Shown: positions 1-12,960 of the stretch, in pieces | How the letters are laid out: each line of letters opens with the position of its first letter | Numbering within the stretch: the stretch's first letter is position 1 | NCBI RefSeq assembly: GCF_006345805.1 | Contig: NC_042999.1 | Coordinates: forward strand, 89,280,001 to 89,344,000 | DNA: 64,000 nucleotides | Direction of reading: 5' to 3' | Origin: Octopus sinensis | Taxonomy: Eukaryota | Position numbers and translations under genes: made by a program | The notes under the pieces: model-generated | What the model was told of the DNA's origin: nothing | The model's input: only the letters and a program-made list of their open reading frames with translations | The model's database searches: none

Positions 1-164
1 CTCTCTTTCTCTGTCTTTCACTTACCCTCTTTCTCTCTCTTTCTCTGTCACTCACACACACACACATACGTATACGCGTACATATTTCAATTAGGACGCA
101 TGTTATTGGAATAATCAAATGCAGATTTGCATGCATTGACAAGGTTATCAGAAAGAACTCATAG

Positions 165-205
<41 letters not shown>

Positions 206-279
206 TTTGTGTGTGTGTGCTTGTGTTTGTGTGTCTGTGTGTACCTGTTTCCGTTAAACTGTGTCTAACCGTCAATATA

Positions 280-420
280 TGAGTTCCTTTCCGTCGAGGT
301 CGACTTTGCCTTTCATCCTTTCGGGGTCGATAAATTAAGTACAAGTTGCGTTCGCGGGGTCGATCTAATCGACTGGCCCCTTCCCCAAACATTTCTGGTT
401 TTGTGCTTAGAGAAGAAAAG
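280..420 (+). mobile_element. tRNA-derived SINE, 3' part (Meta-core-like octopus SINE)
   Basis: Contains GAGGTCGACTTTGCCTTTCATCCTTTCGGGGTCGATAAATTAAGTAC, the core found in more than 10 copies in this window. Confidence 0.85.
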
Positions 421-575
421 AATATATGGGCTCCTTTAAGTTCGTGTATGCAAACACTCTCTACAGGTGTTGAAATCTTAAGATCGAAAAAGTGACATTT
501 TTTTCGGTCATAAGGCGCGTGTATGTACGTATGAATATGTGTGTATATTAGTACACACACACACACACAAACACA

Positions 576-610
<35 letters not shown>

Positions 611-701
611 GCCAGTAGGAATATGTAAATATATCTATGAGAATGTATATCTATGTATGTATAAATGCATACTAATATACACGTGTGTGTATATAAACTC
701 A

Positions 702-737
<36 letters not shown>

Positions 738-1064
738 CACATACATTTGTATATATCTATATGAATGTATATTTAAGTATGTATTTATGAATACATATGT
801 ATATGTGTGTAAACGTAGGTATGTATGGCCTCTATAAGATTCATAATGTTGAAGAAAGACACTCGTTTCATTCATATATGCGTGCGTACTCACACAAACA
901 AATATATTCGGACGAAATCACATATTCCCTGAAATACATATGCAAGAGACAGACATGCACACATACTGTTGCGCTCGTTTGTTCATACTTACCAATGAAG
1001 CAGAAGCGGCCGCAAGTTTTTCGTCCCCTCACATGAAGAGGGAGAAAGAAGCTAGAAAGAGAGC

Positions 1065-1110
<46 letters not shown>

Positions 1111-1319
1111 CAAGCAGAAACGGAGTCTTAGAAAGAGACAGAGAACGCATGTGAGTGAGAGAGAGAAAGCAGCTGACACGCCCGCAAATACATCTTGACA
1201 GAGCGACTTAAACCAACAGACAGGCCTCAGACGACATTACATTGGCTACAAAGAAATCCTAACAAAGGTTTCAGAGACAGAAAGACGCAAGTATGTTTAC
1301 CTCAGCTTTTGTTACTCAC

Positions 1320-1389
1320 AGACACCGACTGAATGTGAGCGTCCAGGGTTATGATCTCTAGTCAAGACGGCTGCCTCCCCCTGAGACAT
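1320..1389 (-). CDS. Candidate first coding exon of an unidentified minus-strand gene (MSQGEAAVLTRDHNPGRSHSVGV, phase-1 donor)
   Basis: ATG at 1389-1387 with an in-frame upstream TAG; open to a canonical GTGAGT donor at 1319; upstream is AAC/GAC-repeat UTR-like sequence. No homology recognised. Confidence 0.25.
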
Positions 1390-1623
1390 ATGACGACGCT
1401 CTGGCTAATAACTATTGCTGTTGTTATTGTTGTCGTTGTTCACTGTTCGTCGTCATCGTCGTCATTATATTGTAGTTGTCGTCGTTGTCGTTGTCGTTGT
1501 CGTTGTCCTTGTCTTGCTATTATTGTCGTCGATTTCGTGTTGTCGTCGTTGTCGGTCACTAACGATCTTCAATGTCATTATTTTGGGCTTTGCACTTGCT
1601 GTTGTGAAAGTAACAATTTCCTT

Positions 1624-1663
<40 letters not shown>
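1624..1663. repeat. (TAC)n microsatellite
   Basis: Perfect trinucleotide run. Confidence 0.95.
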
Positions 1664-1664
<1 letters not shown>

Positions 1665-1961
1665 GATTGTGTGTGTTTGCATAAAGTAGTTTGATATAGT
1701 CACCTCTACCACTACCACCGACCGATGTGTATGAAGTATGTATTGCATGTACGCTGGTGAATGTGGTTGTTTGTACATCACTTTAACCATGTGTTACTAA
1801 TTACATACAACATTAGTCATCATGTCATTCTCTTGCAGCAAATTCCCGTGTCCTACATTAATATGTAAAGGTTTAAAACATCTATTGCTCGCTTTAGTTG
1901 CAATTTAGATAAGACTATCTCTCTCATTCTCGCTCTCTTTCTCTCTCTCTCTCCCTCTCTC

Positions 1962-1992
<31 letters not shown>

Positions 1993-2309
1993 CACACACA
2001 CTCAAGCAAAACTTTATAAATGTATAACTCATTAAAAAAAAATTGCTTAAAGATCCTTTGATGTTCATTATTTTAAATTTTATGCTGATGAAGGCAATCG
2101 TCAGACGGCTAATGACTATAATGACACGTGAGTGGACTGAGGGTCGTATGAGACGGATATTGGTAGCTGTTTATGTTTAGATTTAGCTTAGTTTATTTTT
2201 CTCGAATTTATACTGTGCTGGCGATTCCAAATAAGAATGAAATAGAATTATATATGGCTACCGACGAATAGAAACTTTAAGATCTTTATAACGTGTAATA
2301 TATATATAT

Positions 2310-2679
2310 ATATATATAAAGCTGAAGTTGTCTGTGTATGGCAGGCTTGGTAGCTTTCAACTAACACTGTCTCCTCCGAGACCCTGCGGCGCAAGTTGAC
2401 CAAAATTGAGAGTATGACAGAAGGCCTGCTCTTCCTTCCGTAGAAGAAAAAATTCAAATCAGATCATGTTAACACCAAAAATTATTTACATCAAAAAGGT
2501 GCTTTTTTTCTATGAAAATCCCTATTTTTTACGATTTTTTTACTGTTGTGTCGCCATTTTTCGATGTATTTCAACCAGAAAAATGTTCACAAGTTACATA
2601 ATGCAAAATTTTTCCTTTTCAAAAATTCCAATTCTAAAGGTTCGAAACAAACCCGAGCAACGCCGGGCGATACTGCTAG
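2310..2679 (+). mobile_element. Non-autonomous Helitron
   Basis: 3' subterminal hairpin CCCGAGCAACGCCGGG (2652-2667) followed by terminal CTAG (2676-2679); both ends lie in (TA)n; no TIR or TSD. Confidence 0.7.
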
Positions 2680-3018
2680 TATATATATATATAAAACGTG
2701 TGTACTGTGTTTATGTTCTTTATTTTTTATGTAAATTTCAAACTTTCAAACCCAATTGAACGTAACTTTATCTGAAAGGGTTTGTCTCCCCTATGATAGT
2801 TGACCACTAAGGGAAAACCGTATTTATGTTAGGTTTCGTGGAAATCATGTTCTGCATCGCACTGGGACATCTACCGCACTGCGATTAATTTTGCAGGATG
2901 TGAATATATCGCACGTCTTTACGAGTTATATACATATATGTGTGTGTTTGTATGTATGTATGTAAGGGTTCATGTATGTATATTTGTATGCATTTACATG
3001 CTCTTTGTTATATCTGTG

Positions 3019-3122
<104 letters not shown>

Positions 3123-3370
3123 CATATACATACAAACACATACATACACACACTCAAACACACCCAAGCACTCACACACATATACATATATTAATAAATG
3201 AATGAGAGAAAACAGGAGTTACGTAATCACTTTCATTAGCAGTACTGTTTCTGTTACATGGAACCGATCTCCCAGAATTGAGTGCGAATGAAACCTAGCT
3301 TCCTCAGAGCTATTTCGATTAATTTCTTCTTAATGAGGTAAACATGCAAATATATATATATATATATATA

Positions 3371-3957
3371 ATACAAAACACCCGGGCAACTAGGTGATAC
3401 AAAAAAGGACAACAAAACATTCAGATAGACGATACAAAAATAAAAAAGGACGGGTCATTCGAAGCCTTTTATCCTCAGTCAAGAATCGGATCATCCTCGC
3501 AATTTCGGCTGATTAATCTTGAGATTGCTCTAATCTGGCCAGCCCCAAGGAAAAACTAAGCTAAGAGCATTAGATTCCTTGGGAAAAAGCATCGAACGTA
3601 TACGAAAACAAGGACGGAAAAACAGACGATGTTACACGAATATATATACAAAAATACAATAAAAATAATAATTATAATAATAATAACAGGACATAACAAC
3701 AGGCTTCTTTTGACTGGGGACGAATTGAATTCAGCTGGCGTGTGTGGAAACATATATATATATAAAGTTAATGCAAACAAGAAAGCACAAAAAAAAACAC
3801 AACAACGCGAGGACGTGGAACAAATATAGTATTATTGGACGCTCAGGAAAGAAGGAAAGAAGGAGGGTTTAACGTTTCGGAAACATAGGAGAAGGAAAGA
3901 TCCAGAGAAGGGAAGACAGAGGAAAAAAAATCGCCAACGGTACACACGAGGTCACAT
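3371..3957. mobile_element. Interspersed non-coding repeat family A (probable non-autonomous Penelope/pLTR derivative)
   Basis: Homologous blocks recur at 11400-11612, 13478-13640, and inverted at 33241-33380 and 34500-35085; the 11.5-kb copy carries a hammerhead relic. Confidence 0.6.
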
Positions 3958-4372
3958 TATATATATATATATGCATGTATGTATGTTTGTATGTATGTGT
4001 GTATGTATGTTTGTATGTATGTATATTGGCACATACAGACACGCAAATAAAGTAATAGAATTAGGTAGATATATTAGATTACTGAGATGTAAGTACAGAA
4101 GAGACACGCGCACAGACAAAGATATACACACACGGATATATATACACACACGCGCGTGAATGAGGCCTTATCTTTAATACATTTTTAGTTTCTGTTTTGG
4201 CAGAAAAATTTGCAGCATCCGCATCACTAGGTGTAGTATTCTTACCTATTCACTACATTTCGGATTTGGACCTAATATTTAAAGTATGCTCTACTTACGT
4301 TAACTATAACCGCTCCCGTTTTCTATTGTATGCTCCAAGCGAGATTAGCATTCATCTATCCGTTTTCGGCAA

Positions 4373-4590
4373 GGTAGACAGCTGGTAGAATCGTTAGCAC
4401 GCCGGACAAAATGCTTTGCGGTATTTTTCCGGCTTTGTGTTCTGAGTTCGAATGTCGCAGGCGTCGAACTTGCCTATCTTCCTTTTGGAATTGATAAAAT
4501 AAATTTACCAGCCAATAACTGTAGTCGATGTAATCGACGTGCCTTCTTCCTCAAAAATTATTGGCCTTGTGTCAAAATTAGAAAGAATTT
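4373..4590 (+). mobile_element. Diverged full-length Meta-core-like SINE
   Basis: Head ...GCTGGTAGAATCGTTAGCACGCCGGAC, B-box-like GAGTTCGAATG, degenerate core and tail. Confidence 0.75.
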
Positions 4591-4599
4591 ACCAGTTTT

Positions 4600-4870
4600 C
4601 TGTGAACTAGAGTTGTAAAAGGGGCCAAAATCGATCAAAAGCTTTCAATGCAGTATGGACACAATGTTTCGTCACTTCGGATTGTCTAAAAGAGAAGCAA
4701 TTGGTGCAAGCCGTAGTTCATTTCTGAGACGGAAACATTTTATTCTCTTGGAGAATACAAAAAATTATGTAAAGTTGGATCAGTTTGTTGAAAATCAAGA
4801 AGACTTTAAAAAATGTTGTTGTCATTTCTTTTAAAATATTTTTTGCCACAAAAATATTTTAAAAAAGCAA
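4600..4870 (+). mobile_element. Possible internally deleted Tc1/mariner remnant
   Basis: Decayed KGAKIDQKLSMQYGHNVSSLRIV resembles a mariner N-terminal HTH; TFYSLGEYKKL resembles the mariner C-terminus. By-eye similarity only. Confidence 0.35.
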
Positions 4871-5480
4871 TTAGATTACACGAAGCTGAGGAGTGACTAT
4901 GGTCGATATACTGAGAGCGACGGTTTAACAATTTAATGGACTATGCAATTTCAAACCTTCTTCCATAGTGACGAGAGAAAGAGAGAGGGAGAGAGAGAAA
5001 GCGAAAGAAAGAGAAAAAGAGAGACAGACAGAAACAGACAGACAGACAAATTGGCAGAGATCATGCTTTGTGACGTGCGCACAGTTAATTTTTGCGCCAG
5101 TGAAAAAGTTGATAATGTATTACGGGTATTGCTTAAATATGCATATGTATACACACATATACATTTGTAACGAACTGAAAGAATAAGTACTCAGCATAAG
5201 TCGGCGAATAGTTTAATATAATTTTTTTTATTACCCATCCCTACCATTGCCTTGTATTTTTGGGTGTTTTTTTTAATTGTACGATGATCCGCATTTATTC
5301 ACTCAGTTTTAAGGACGAATGACATTCCGCCACTGATTTGTGCACGCGCACTGAGTGTGAGTGTGCATTTGTGTGCTTGTGTGTCTGTGAGTGTGTGTAT
5401 GTGTATGTAATTTAGGAAGAGTGAACCGCGAAGCAAATATAGCTGTAAAGAATAGCGTGTAAATAAACCCTTTTGGTTAG

Positions 5481-5677
5481 AAAATGTAGAAGGCTGCCCG
5501 TGGGACCCGGTGCCACATCACACACACGCGCCGTTCAAGAATTTGGACCTGGAGATCTCCATTTTCAGCGACTTCGAGGGTCACCTCCCAGTGGTGTCGG
5601 GCGTCAACGAAGATCCCTCGACTACAACAAGACGACCAAAGTTTTTTTTTTCCAAGGTGTGGGGTCCCCGCCCCTAA
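5481..5677 (+). CDS. Candidate internal or terminal coding exon of an unidentified host gene (xNVEGCPWDPVPHHTHAPFKNLDLEISIFSDFEGHLPVVSGVNEDPSTTTRRPKFFFSKVWGPRP*)
   Basis: Acceptor CCCTTTTGGTTAG at 5480; frame open to TAA 5675-5677; 34 of the first 46 codons end in G/C in an AT-rich background. This frame is not in the ORF track because it has no ATG. Confidence 0.5.
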
Positions 5678-5765
5678 GCCCTAGACCATCGCCTAATCAC
5701 ACTTACCCGTCTTGTTGCTTAACAACAACAACAAAATCACACACACGCAGACACATACACACACA

Positions 5766-5848
<83 letters not shown>

Positions 5849-8800
5849 ACATATATATACACCCACCCACACACATATATACATTTATACACACACATGT
5901 TGTAAATGTAATCAGCATTACAATATATGTACACAGCTCATGTTATACTTCTTTGATGCACAAGTCATTCAGTACCAGATAAGAGATATCATTCTCATGC
6001 TTTAATACATACGAGCGGAAATTTCTACGTAACTCCAGTTTCTGTATATTTTATAATAACAGATCAAATAAAATTTAAAGTAAGCTAATTTATTAAATAA
6101 TAATTTATTATTCTACTCATTTGATCAGAAGCATATACCTGGACACGAATTGCCAGGAGCGTTGTGATCTGCTTTTAAGAGCGGAGTGCAACTAAACTCT
6201 AGTCACTGGACATCCGTTATTCTGACAAATAATCAAATAAATACATAAATGCGCGCGTACGTGAGTGCATGTGTGTGAGTGTGTATGTGTCTGTGTGTGT
6301 ATGTATGCGTGTTTGTGCATGTATAGGCGCACACACGCGCGCACACGCACACACACATACGCACGCATACACATAGGTCAGAAGATATAAGAGGGGAATA
6401 TATATTTAACCAAGTGACTTCCATAGGATTATGTATGTATATACACACACACACATGTATGACTGTCTGCTTGTCTTGTATATATGTGTATGTATGTATG
6501 TATGCATCTTTGTATCTATATATCTCTGTATTCATGTGCATACGCACACACACACACAAACACACACACATAAAAAGTTTTTTTAAGCGAAATCCTGTTT
6601 AAATTCAATAATGGCTTAGATTCAAAAATTAATTGAATCCTACAATTTCAACCTAAAAACCAACAAAATAGATTAATATATAAATAAAAAAATTATTCCT
6701 AAAAAAAAAGTTATGCAAAAGATTGATAATGAAGTAACGTTAATACAGATAAGTTTAATTGAAGTTGTATAATAATGCGAGGGAGTTAAATAATCTTTTG
6801 AGTTCTCTTTTCCAAAATTCTGTTAAAACATTCACATCCAAAAGATCAGGTTTTCAAATGTGAAAATAGCATTAATTCTCAACACTGACATATCGGAGAC
6901 TCCCATTCAAAAAGTATTTAAATCATCGAAATCTCTTAAGGAGACAAGATGTCTAAAAATCAGCGACTTTGTAATTTTGAGCACATCCACAATTACACAG
7001 TGCATACATGTACACGCTTATCTTTATAATATGTGAGTGTGTTTGTCCATTGAAATATATAAGAACATAAGAAGCTCGAAAGTTTTTGTATTTCTGTTTG
7101 TGTATATCTGAACGCCATACATGTTTATATATGTGTATTTGTGTTTAATTGTGTGCTTGTGAGTATGAGTATTTGTGTTTAGTTGTGTGTTTGTGTATTT
7201 GTATGTGTATCAATGTATATTGTATTTGCATTAACTTATACTCTGGCACACTTCTCCATTTCTCTTTTCTACATTATTACCTTTACTTTATATTTAAGAA
7301 AGCACCTGCCTTCGGTCTTCAGATCTCAGTGCAGACTTACTGACAACTAGCGGCATCAATAGCTGTTCTGTGAACAACTAAGCCCTACTAACTAGTCAGC
7401 TTATCCTTGGTAAATATTTTCCATTAAGGTTAATCTCCCCACTTGATCTCTTTTACAGAGCACCACATAGCTGACTTTCATTGTAACCGGTAATAAATTG
7501 AATCAAGACGCCAGTAACGACTTTTTAAGACCAGTGTAAAGCTCTCAATAATAGGAACAACAATAACAGCAACAACATCAGCAGCAGATACAAGAGCAGA
7601 GCAAAAGCAGCAGATGAGCAGCCAGGCTTGTTGAGAATGCTAACATTTAAGTCTGGCTCAGGTTGGACGGCGGCTGTGTTGAATGAAATGAAAATGAGAT
7701 GGACTAAGATAAAGACAAATGAATAAAAAGGTAAATAGATTGATAACTAACTAAACAATAAAATACAATAATTTATCATTTCCTTTTCTTTGTTATGGTG
7801 CTTCTGATACAGAAGTGTTTGCCGAAGATTTCGTTTTACTGATATGCCACCAAATATTTTATGTAAAACCGTTTTGTCTATCAAAATCTACAATTGCACC
7901 GGCAAAAACAATCAAAGTAATTGTGTTATTTAGATGTTTTTTTCACTAATTAAAAATTATTCCTGTCGTATGAAGGTATGCCTCATTAACCGCTTTTGAA
8001 TGTTGTTGTCATTTATACAAATCTAGGATAACAATGTCGTCAAAAGATAAGGACACGACACACTGATCAGTTCGCTGAGGATCTCCACGATTCTAGGGAC
8101 CCAAGTTAATTTATATGCTCTAGGTATTACGCAGGGATCCCCAGTGTATTACTTTGCTCGGGTACTTATAATGCTGTTAAAGGTATCCTAATAATAGATA
8201 AGCTTTTGGTAAGCCAGAACTGCAATCTATTTTCGATTGTTGAGTTATGCTAATTTCATCTCACCTCATGACTATAAGAAATGTATGAATATATCGCAGT
8301 ATATCTTTCTCTGCCCTTATAAACATGAGGTCCTGAATCTTGTCAAAAATAGATTACTGTAAGATACGGACAGTCTCGTGTATGTAATATAGCGAATAAA
8401 AAAATCCGTGGCGGATATCTCATTGAAATGTGTATGGCAATAACATTGCTTAAATATCAACAAATATTGATTGATTGGACTTCACTCTATTAAGCTTTAA
8501 TGTATTCTGATATTCGTTAATTCCTTACTGAATACTGCTCCTTCAAACGGTAGATGCAACCTTTAATGATTGAAGTACAGAAATATCTAAATCACAGTTA
8601 TTTTTGCTACGGTTGTTTTTGCTGAAATCAGATTACTAAAAGTCAAAAACCTCTTTATGATTTACACCTACTCTTACTGAAATATGTACATCATTTAATT
8701 AACCAAGTGTCGGTTGGATGTGATGACAACAGTGGTAGATTTTAGTCTCACTAGCTAAATATTCGCCAAGATGAACACAGTTGTGTTTATCCATCTGGGG

Positions 8801-8904
8801 TTGTTGATCGATTCCTTTTACTATTCTTTTATTCGCGACAAGTCATGTGTGCTAGAAATGACAGAAATATTTCACCAAATCATATCATAATATATTAAAA
8901 AAGT

Positions 8905-9210
8905 GGAGACGTATGGCCTGGTGGTTGGAGCAGCGAACTCGCGGTCGAGGGATCGCGGGTTCGAATCTCAGACTGGGTGATGTGTGTGTTTATGAGCGAA
9001 ATACCTAAGCTCCTCCGGCAGACGGTAATGGCGAACTTCTGCTGAATCTTTCGCAACAACTTTCTCTCACTCGTTCTTCCTGCATCTAGCATCTCACCTG
9101 CGATGGACTGGCGTCCCGTCCAGGTGGGCAACCTATACACCAATGAAACCGGGAAAACCGGCCCTTATGAGGCAGGCATGACTCGAGAAGGAACAAAACA
9201 AAACAACAAC
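8905..9210 (+). mobile_element. tRNA-derived SINE (V-SINE-related family)
   Basis: A box TGGCCTGGTGG, B box GGTTCGAATC, 3' GATGGACTGGCGTCCCGTCCAGG block, AAC-rich tail. Confidence 0.8.
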
Positions 9211-10164
9211 ATATTAAAAAACAAGCAATACGTAAGATAATGTATTCTTAGATACATAAGCCTACTGGTAAGTCAGTGTTTGAACACCTTTCATTGTAAG
9301 TATTCTCGATGACAACTGAGCGAGTACTAAACTACAACAACAAACGCAGCAAACTTGTTATCCGATCCCAGTTTTAAAAGTAAGTTGATAAGCCAAAATT
9401 GGTTGTTGGGAGAAATAGGTGTGTGCATTTGTGTGTGTGTGTGTGGTAAACAACCGAATCATGTTTGCTACTTAGCAAAAGTAGCTTATCCTCTCGCAGT
9501 TAAATTGTTGACAGATCTCAGTGTAAATGATGTTATCGAGCTAGAAGCTCAAGAAAGCACAAAGTAGATGATTGTATTTAATTTGAGTGAGGAGAAACAG
9601 TAAACTTCATGTAATGTTAGGTAGCACGTTTATTGTTCTCAAAGTGTTGTGTGCAACTACATCAAAATCCTTATAGTCTATGGGTGTAGCAATTATAACT
9701 GAAGATCCTTTGACCAGCTATAATTATTCAAATATACCAATTTGTTGTTCCATCCCTTCTATATCCCTTTACATAACCGGAAGCATTCTCAGAACTGTCA
9801 TCTCGGAAATGGACACATTGTTGAAAACAGATCTGAATAAGTAGTGTATAACAGAATAATTATCTTATAAGTTTGCTAAACGCGAATTTAAAATTTGAGC
9901 TCCGAAGTTCAGTGATTCATTACAATTTTATTCGGAATACATGAACACTAATTCAAGCATTCGGTTAGCGGTCTTAGTTAAGAGAGCGTCGATCAATTTA
10001 AATGATTTTTCTCAATGTCTACCATAATTAATAAATGCAAGGGGTAATTTTTTCGAAGATATCATTGAGACATAAGTAAAAGAAATTTGAGTTCGATTCC
10101 CAATTGACGCTCGAGTTTGAGCCACTTATGGTTGTTTTGTGTTTACAAACACGCGCGCACAAGC

Positions 10165-10172
10165 AAGCACGC

Positions 10173-10211
<39 letters not shown>

Positions 10212-10232
10212 TATAGACAGACAGACAGACAT

Positions 10233-10267
<35 letters not shown>

Positions 10268-10307
10268 TATAGACAGACAGACATATAGACAGACAGACAG
10301 ACAGACC

Positions 10308-10342
<35 letters not shown>
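10165..10342. repeat. Compound (AGAC)n/(AGAT)n microsatellite
   Basis: Direct inspection. Confidence 0.95.
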
Positions 10343-11496
10343 TACCAAGCTTCTGTTTAAAAAGTGAAACACCTCTATCCTAATACAAACATTCTCGTTG
10401 AAGTGCATTAATACGTACATATAAATTAGTTTTGCACATTTTGTGTAAAGTATAAATGCAATATTCGATAATACATAAATATTAAATTTGTAAATAGATA
10501 AAAGAAATCAAGAATCTCTCACAATTAGTAACACATCGTTAGACATAAATATGGACAATTGAATTAATCTAGTACGTGACTGGTTTTATTTCAAACTCGG
10601 GGCGATGAGTTTATGTTCATCATGGCGCATTTTAAACAGAACATAGAGGGTCGGAACTAAAAATATTTTTTTAAATACATTTAACGTGTTCCTGTTACAC
10701 CTCTGCCTAATATGACAAATATTAGTAAGTACACATATTCCCAGGCATTCATGAGGGCAAAAGAGCGCGTGCATAAAAAACAATCATTCATTTTCCCTTT
10801 ACAAATTTGATGAATTTTGAATAGAATTGAGATAGAAAATAACGAAGAAATATTGTATAAATGGGGATAGAAAGAGAAAAAGATGTGGTCGTATGTTGAA
10901 AAGAAGTCTTTTCTTTTCTTATTGACCTGACACACCCTGTTAGGTAAAAAAATATTACCTTTTGATACAAATGTTGATAGAAAGGAGCTGTTCAAAATGA
11001 AGGGTGCTACAGTATCATTAGGTGTGTATGAGACAGAACGACAGAATTTTACATCAAATAAAGACTTGTATTCACTGTCTGTTGAAGAGGAAACAATAAA
11101 AGGTACTGTCGCTGTTTTAAACTCTACTACTACAACCTGAACAGGTCACTCTTGTTAACTCAACTTACTGTTACACACTGGATATCTCAAGTTTTCTTAA
11201 CTTACATCAACCAACATTGATTGACCTTACCGTCATGCGTGATGTATGAGATGTGACTATGTATGCAATTATGTATGTACGTATGTATGTACGTACGTAT
11301 ATTTACATATGTGTATGTGGATATAAATTCAGTTTCGTTCAATTTTAGAGAATGTGTTATGTATGTATGAATATATATATATATATAATTAATTTTTTAA
11401 AAAAACAGAGAAAAAAGACAACAAAAAATACAACAACACGAGGACTTAGCACATACAAAGTTTTAATAAGACGCTCAGAGAAAGAATAGGGTGGTT

Positions 11497-11531
11497 GTTT
11501 TACGTTTCGGGAATATCTCTTCCTCGGAAAC
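11497..11531 (-). ncRNA. Degenerate minimal type-I hammerhead ribozyme relic
   Basis: Minus strand GTTT-CCGAGGA-AGAG-ATATT-CCC-GAAA-C-GTA-AAAC: stem I GTTT/AAAC, core with U4->C, palindromic ACGT stem III. Confidence 0.5.
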
Positions 11532-11620
11532 AGGAAACATAGGAAAGTCCAAAGGAAAAGGAAGAAAGAGGAAAACATCGCCAACAGTCCACGTATAGTT
11601 ACATTTTTGAAAAATATATA

Positions 11621-11725
11621 GGTGCAGGCTTGGCTGTGTGGTAAGTAGCTTGCTTACCAACCACATAGTTCCGGATTCAGTCCCACTGCGTGGCACCTTG
11701 GACAAGTGTCTTCTACTATAGCTTC
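11621..11725 (+). mobile_element. tRNA-derived SINE, 5' fragment (second octopus family, OK-like)
   Basis: GGCTGTGTGGTAAG A box, GGATTCAGTCC B box, GGCACCTTGGACAAGTGTCTTCTACTATAGC; fuller copies at 41700-42185 (-) and 48423-48790 (+). Confidence 0.8.
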
Positions 11726-11769
11726 TTATAATCTACTATAGCTTCTTATAATGACGCATCTTATAACTG

Positions 11770-12960
11770 ATCCACTCACTTTCCATAATTTTAAACTTGT
11801 AAGTAGAAAAATCGTGTAAATTCAAATCATACGATGCTAAGTTCATTCGAGCGAAAGGGAATAAAAGGCCCAAAGAAGACATTATCGAGCCATATAAGTG
11901 TCGTTAATGGTAACTCCAAGGAAGTAGATGATTGATTAACTTCTCAGAAGCTATTTATAAATTCACGTCCTTACACGTTTAACAGCTGCTCAACTTAGAC
12001 AACTATTTAGTTGACACAGTCTATTCTTACAATATATTTAACACTGTCGACTTAAGTAACTCGTTTCATTGTGTTATATTGCATCCTGATGATAAGCTAT
12101 TTACTATTTTCGAGGTAGACGGCTAATATTTCAGTTTAAACATTTTAGTTTTTGTCTTAAAATGTGTATTAGGCGTTTCCATCAAATTACAGTCTTATTC
12201 TTGAAAACAAATTTTAAGGCATGTACTCCTATTTAGATGACGTTACAATCAATATTTCTCCTCGATGTGTAATAATACCAAAGAGGCGCATAACCACCAC
12301 GTCTCTAAATTCTTATACGTTATACATAAATCTAATAAATATAATACTGAAATACGATAACTGAATTTCTAACTAAATCTGTCTGTATTCAAGGTTATCA
12401 AATTAACTAAAGCAAATTGAATCCTGACCCCTCACGTTTAACTCCAGTTAAAGAAATGCTCGTGTCTGCTAATACGCAACTCTTATCTTGTATGCCGAAT
12501 CTGTTCGCTAATTATTCCCAATGGGTTCCTCGCTTCTCTGAATGAATAAGACATCTAATTAATGCTCATTTTCCGCTCTCAGAAGAAGCTGTAACGGCAA
12601 TCAATGACTTTTAAAAATGTCTATTACGGAGTCTGCCAAAACTGAAGTAGACAAACATATGTCGTTTGCCATCGAAACGGACGCCTCTGAGGCCGCCATC
12701 GAGACTACTCTTAATCAAAATGGTAGACCCTAGACTTGTATTTTTATTTTCTCGGTCACTAAATTGTGCCGAGGAGAACAGTTACGCAGTAGAAAAAAAG
12801 ATTTAAGCGATACATGAAGATATCAGAAAAGAAGTGCTACTTTCTCTGAGTCAAACGATTTACCCAAGTGTCTGATCCGAAATTTGTAGCTTAGTATATT
12901 TGCTATAAAGCATAAATTTAAGATTAAAATGAGAAAATATCACGTTATTAATAACTTAAG
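11770..12960 (+). pseudogene. Ty3/Gypsy LTR-retrotransposon pol fossil (RT plus RNase H)
   Basis: Manual translation across stops and frameshifts: EDIIEP, FNTVDLSNSFHCVILHPDDKLFTIFEVDG, YSYLDDVT (YLDD at 12230-12241), FAIETDASEAAI (12674), NQNGRP, FSRSL, VEKK, KIKNEKI, in Gypsy order. Confidence 0.85.

Noticed and set aside
2084-2108. CTGATGAAGGCAATCGTCAGACG hammerhead-like string (similar at 55674-55700)
   Set aside because: The GAAA half is lost and no stem I is found; at most an unrecognisable relic.
9225-9390. Isolated GTAAGT donors (9268, 9379; also 24012 and 24330)
   Set aside because: No matching acceptor or coding bias upstream; not supportable as exons.
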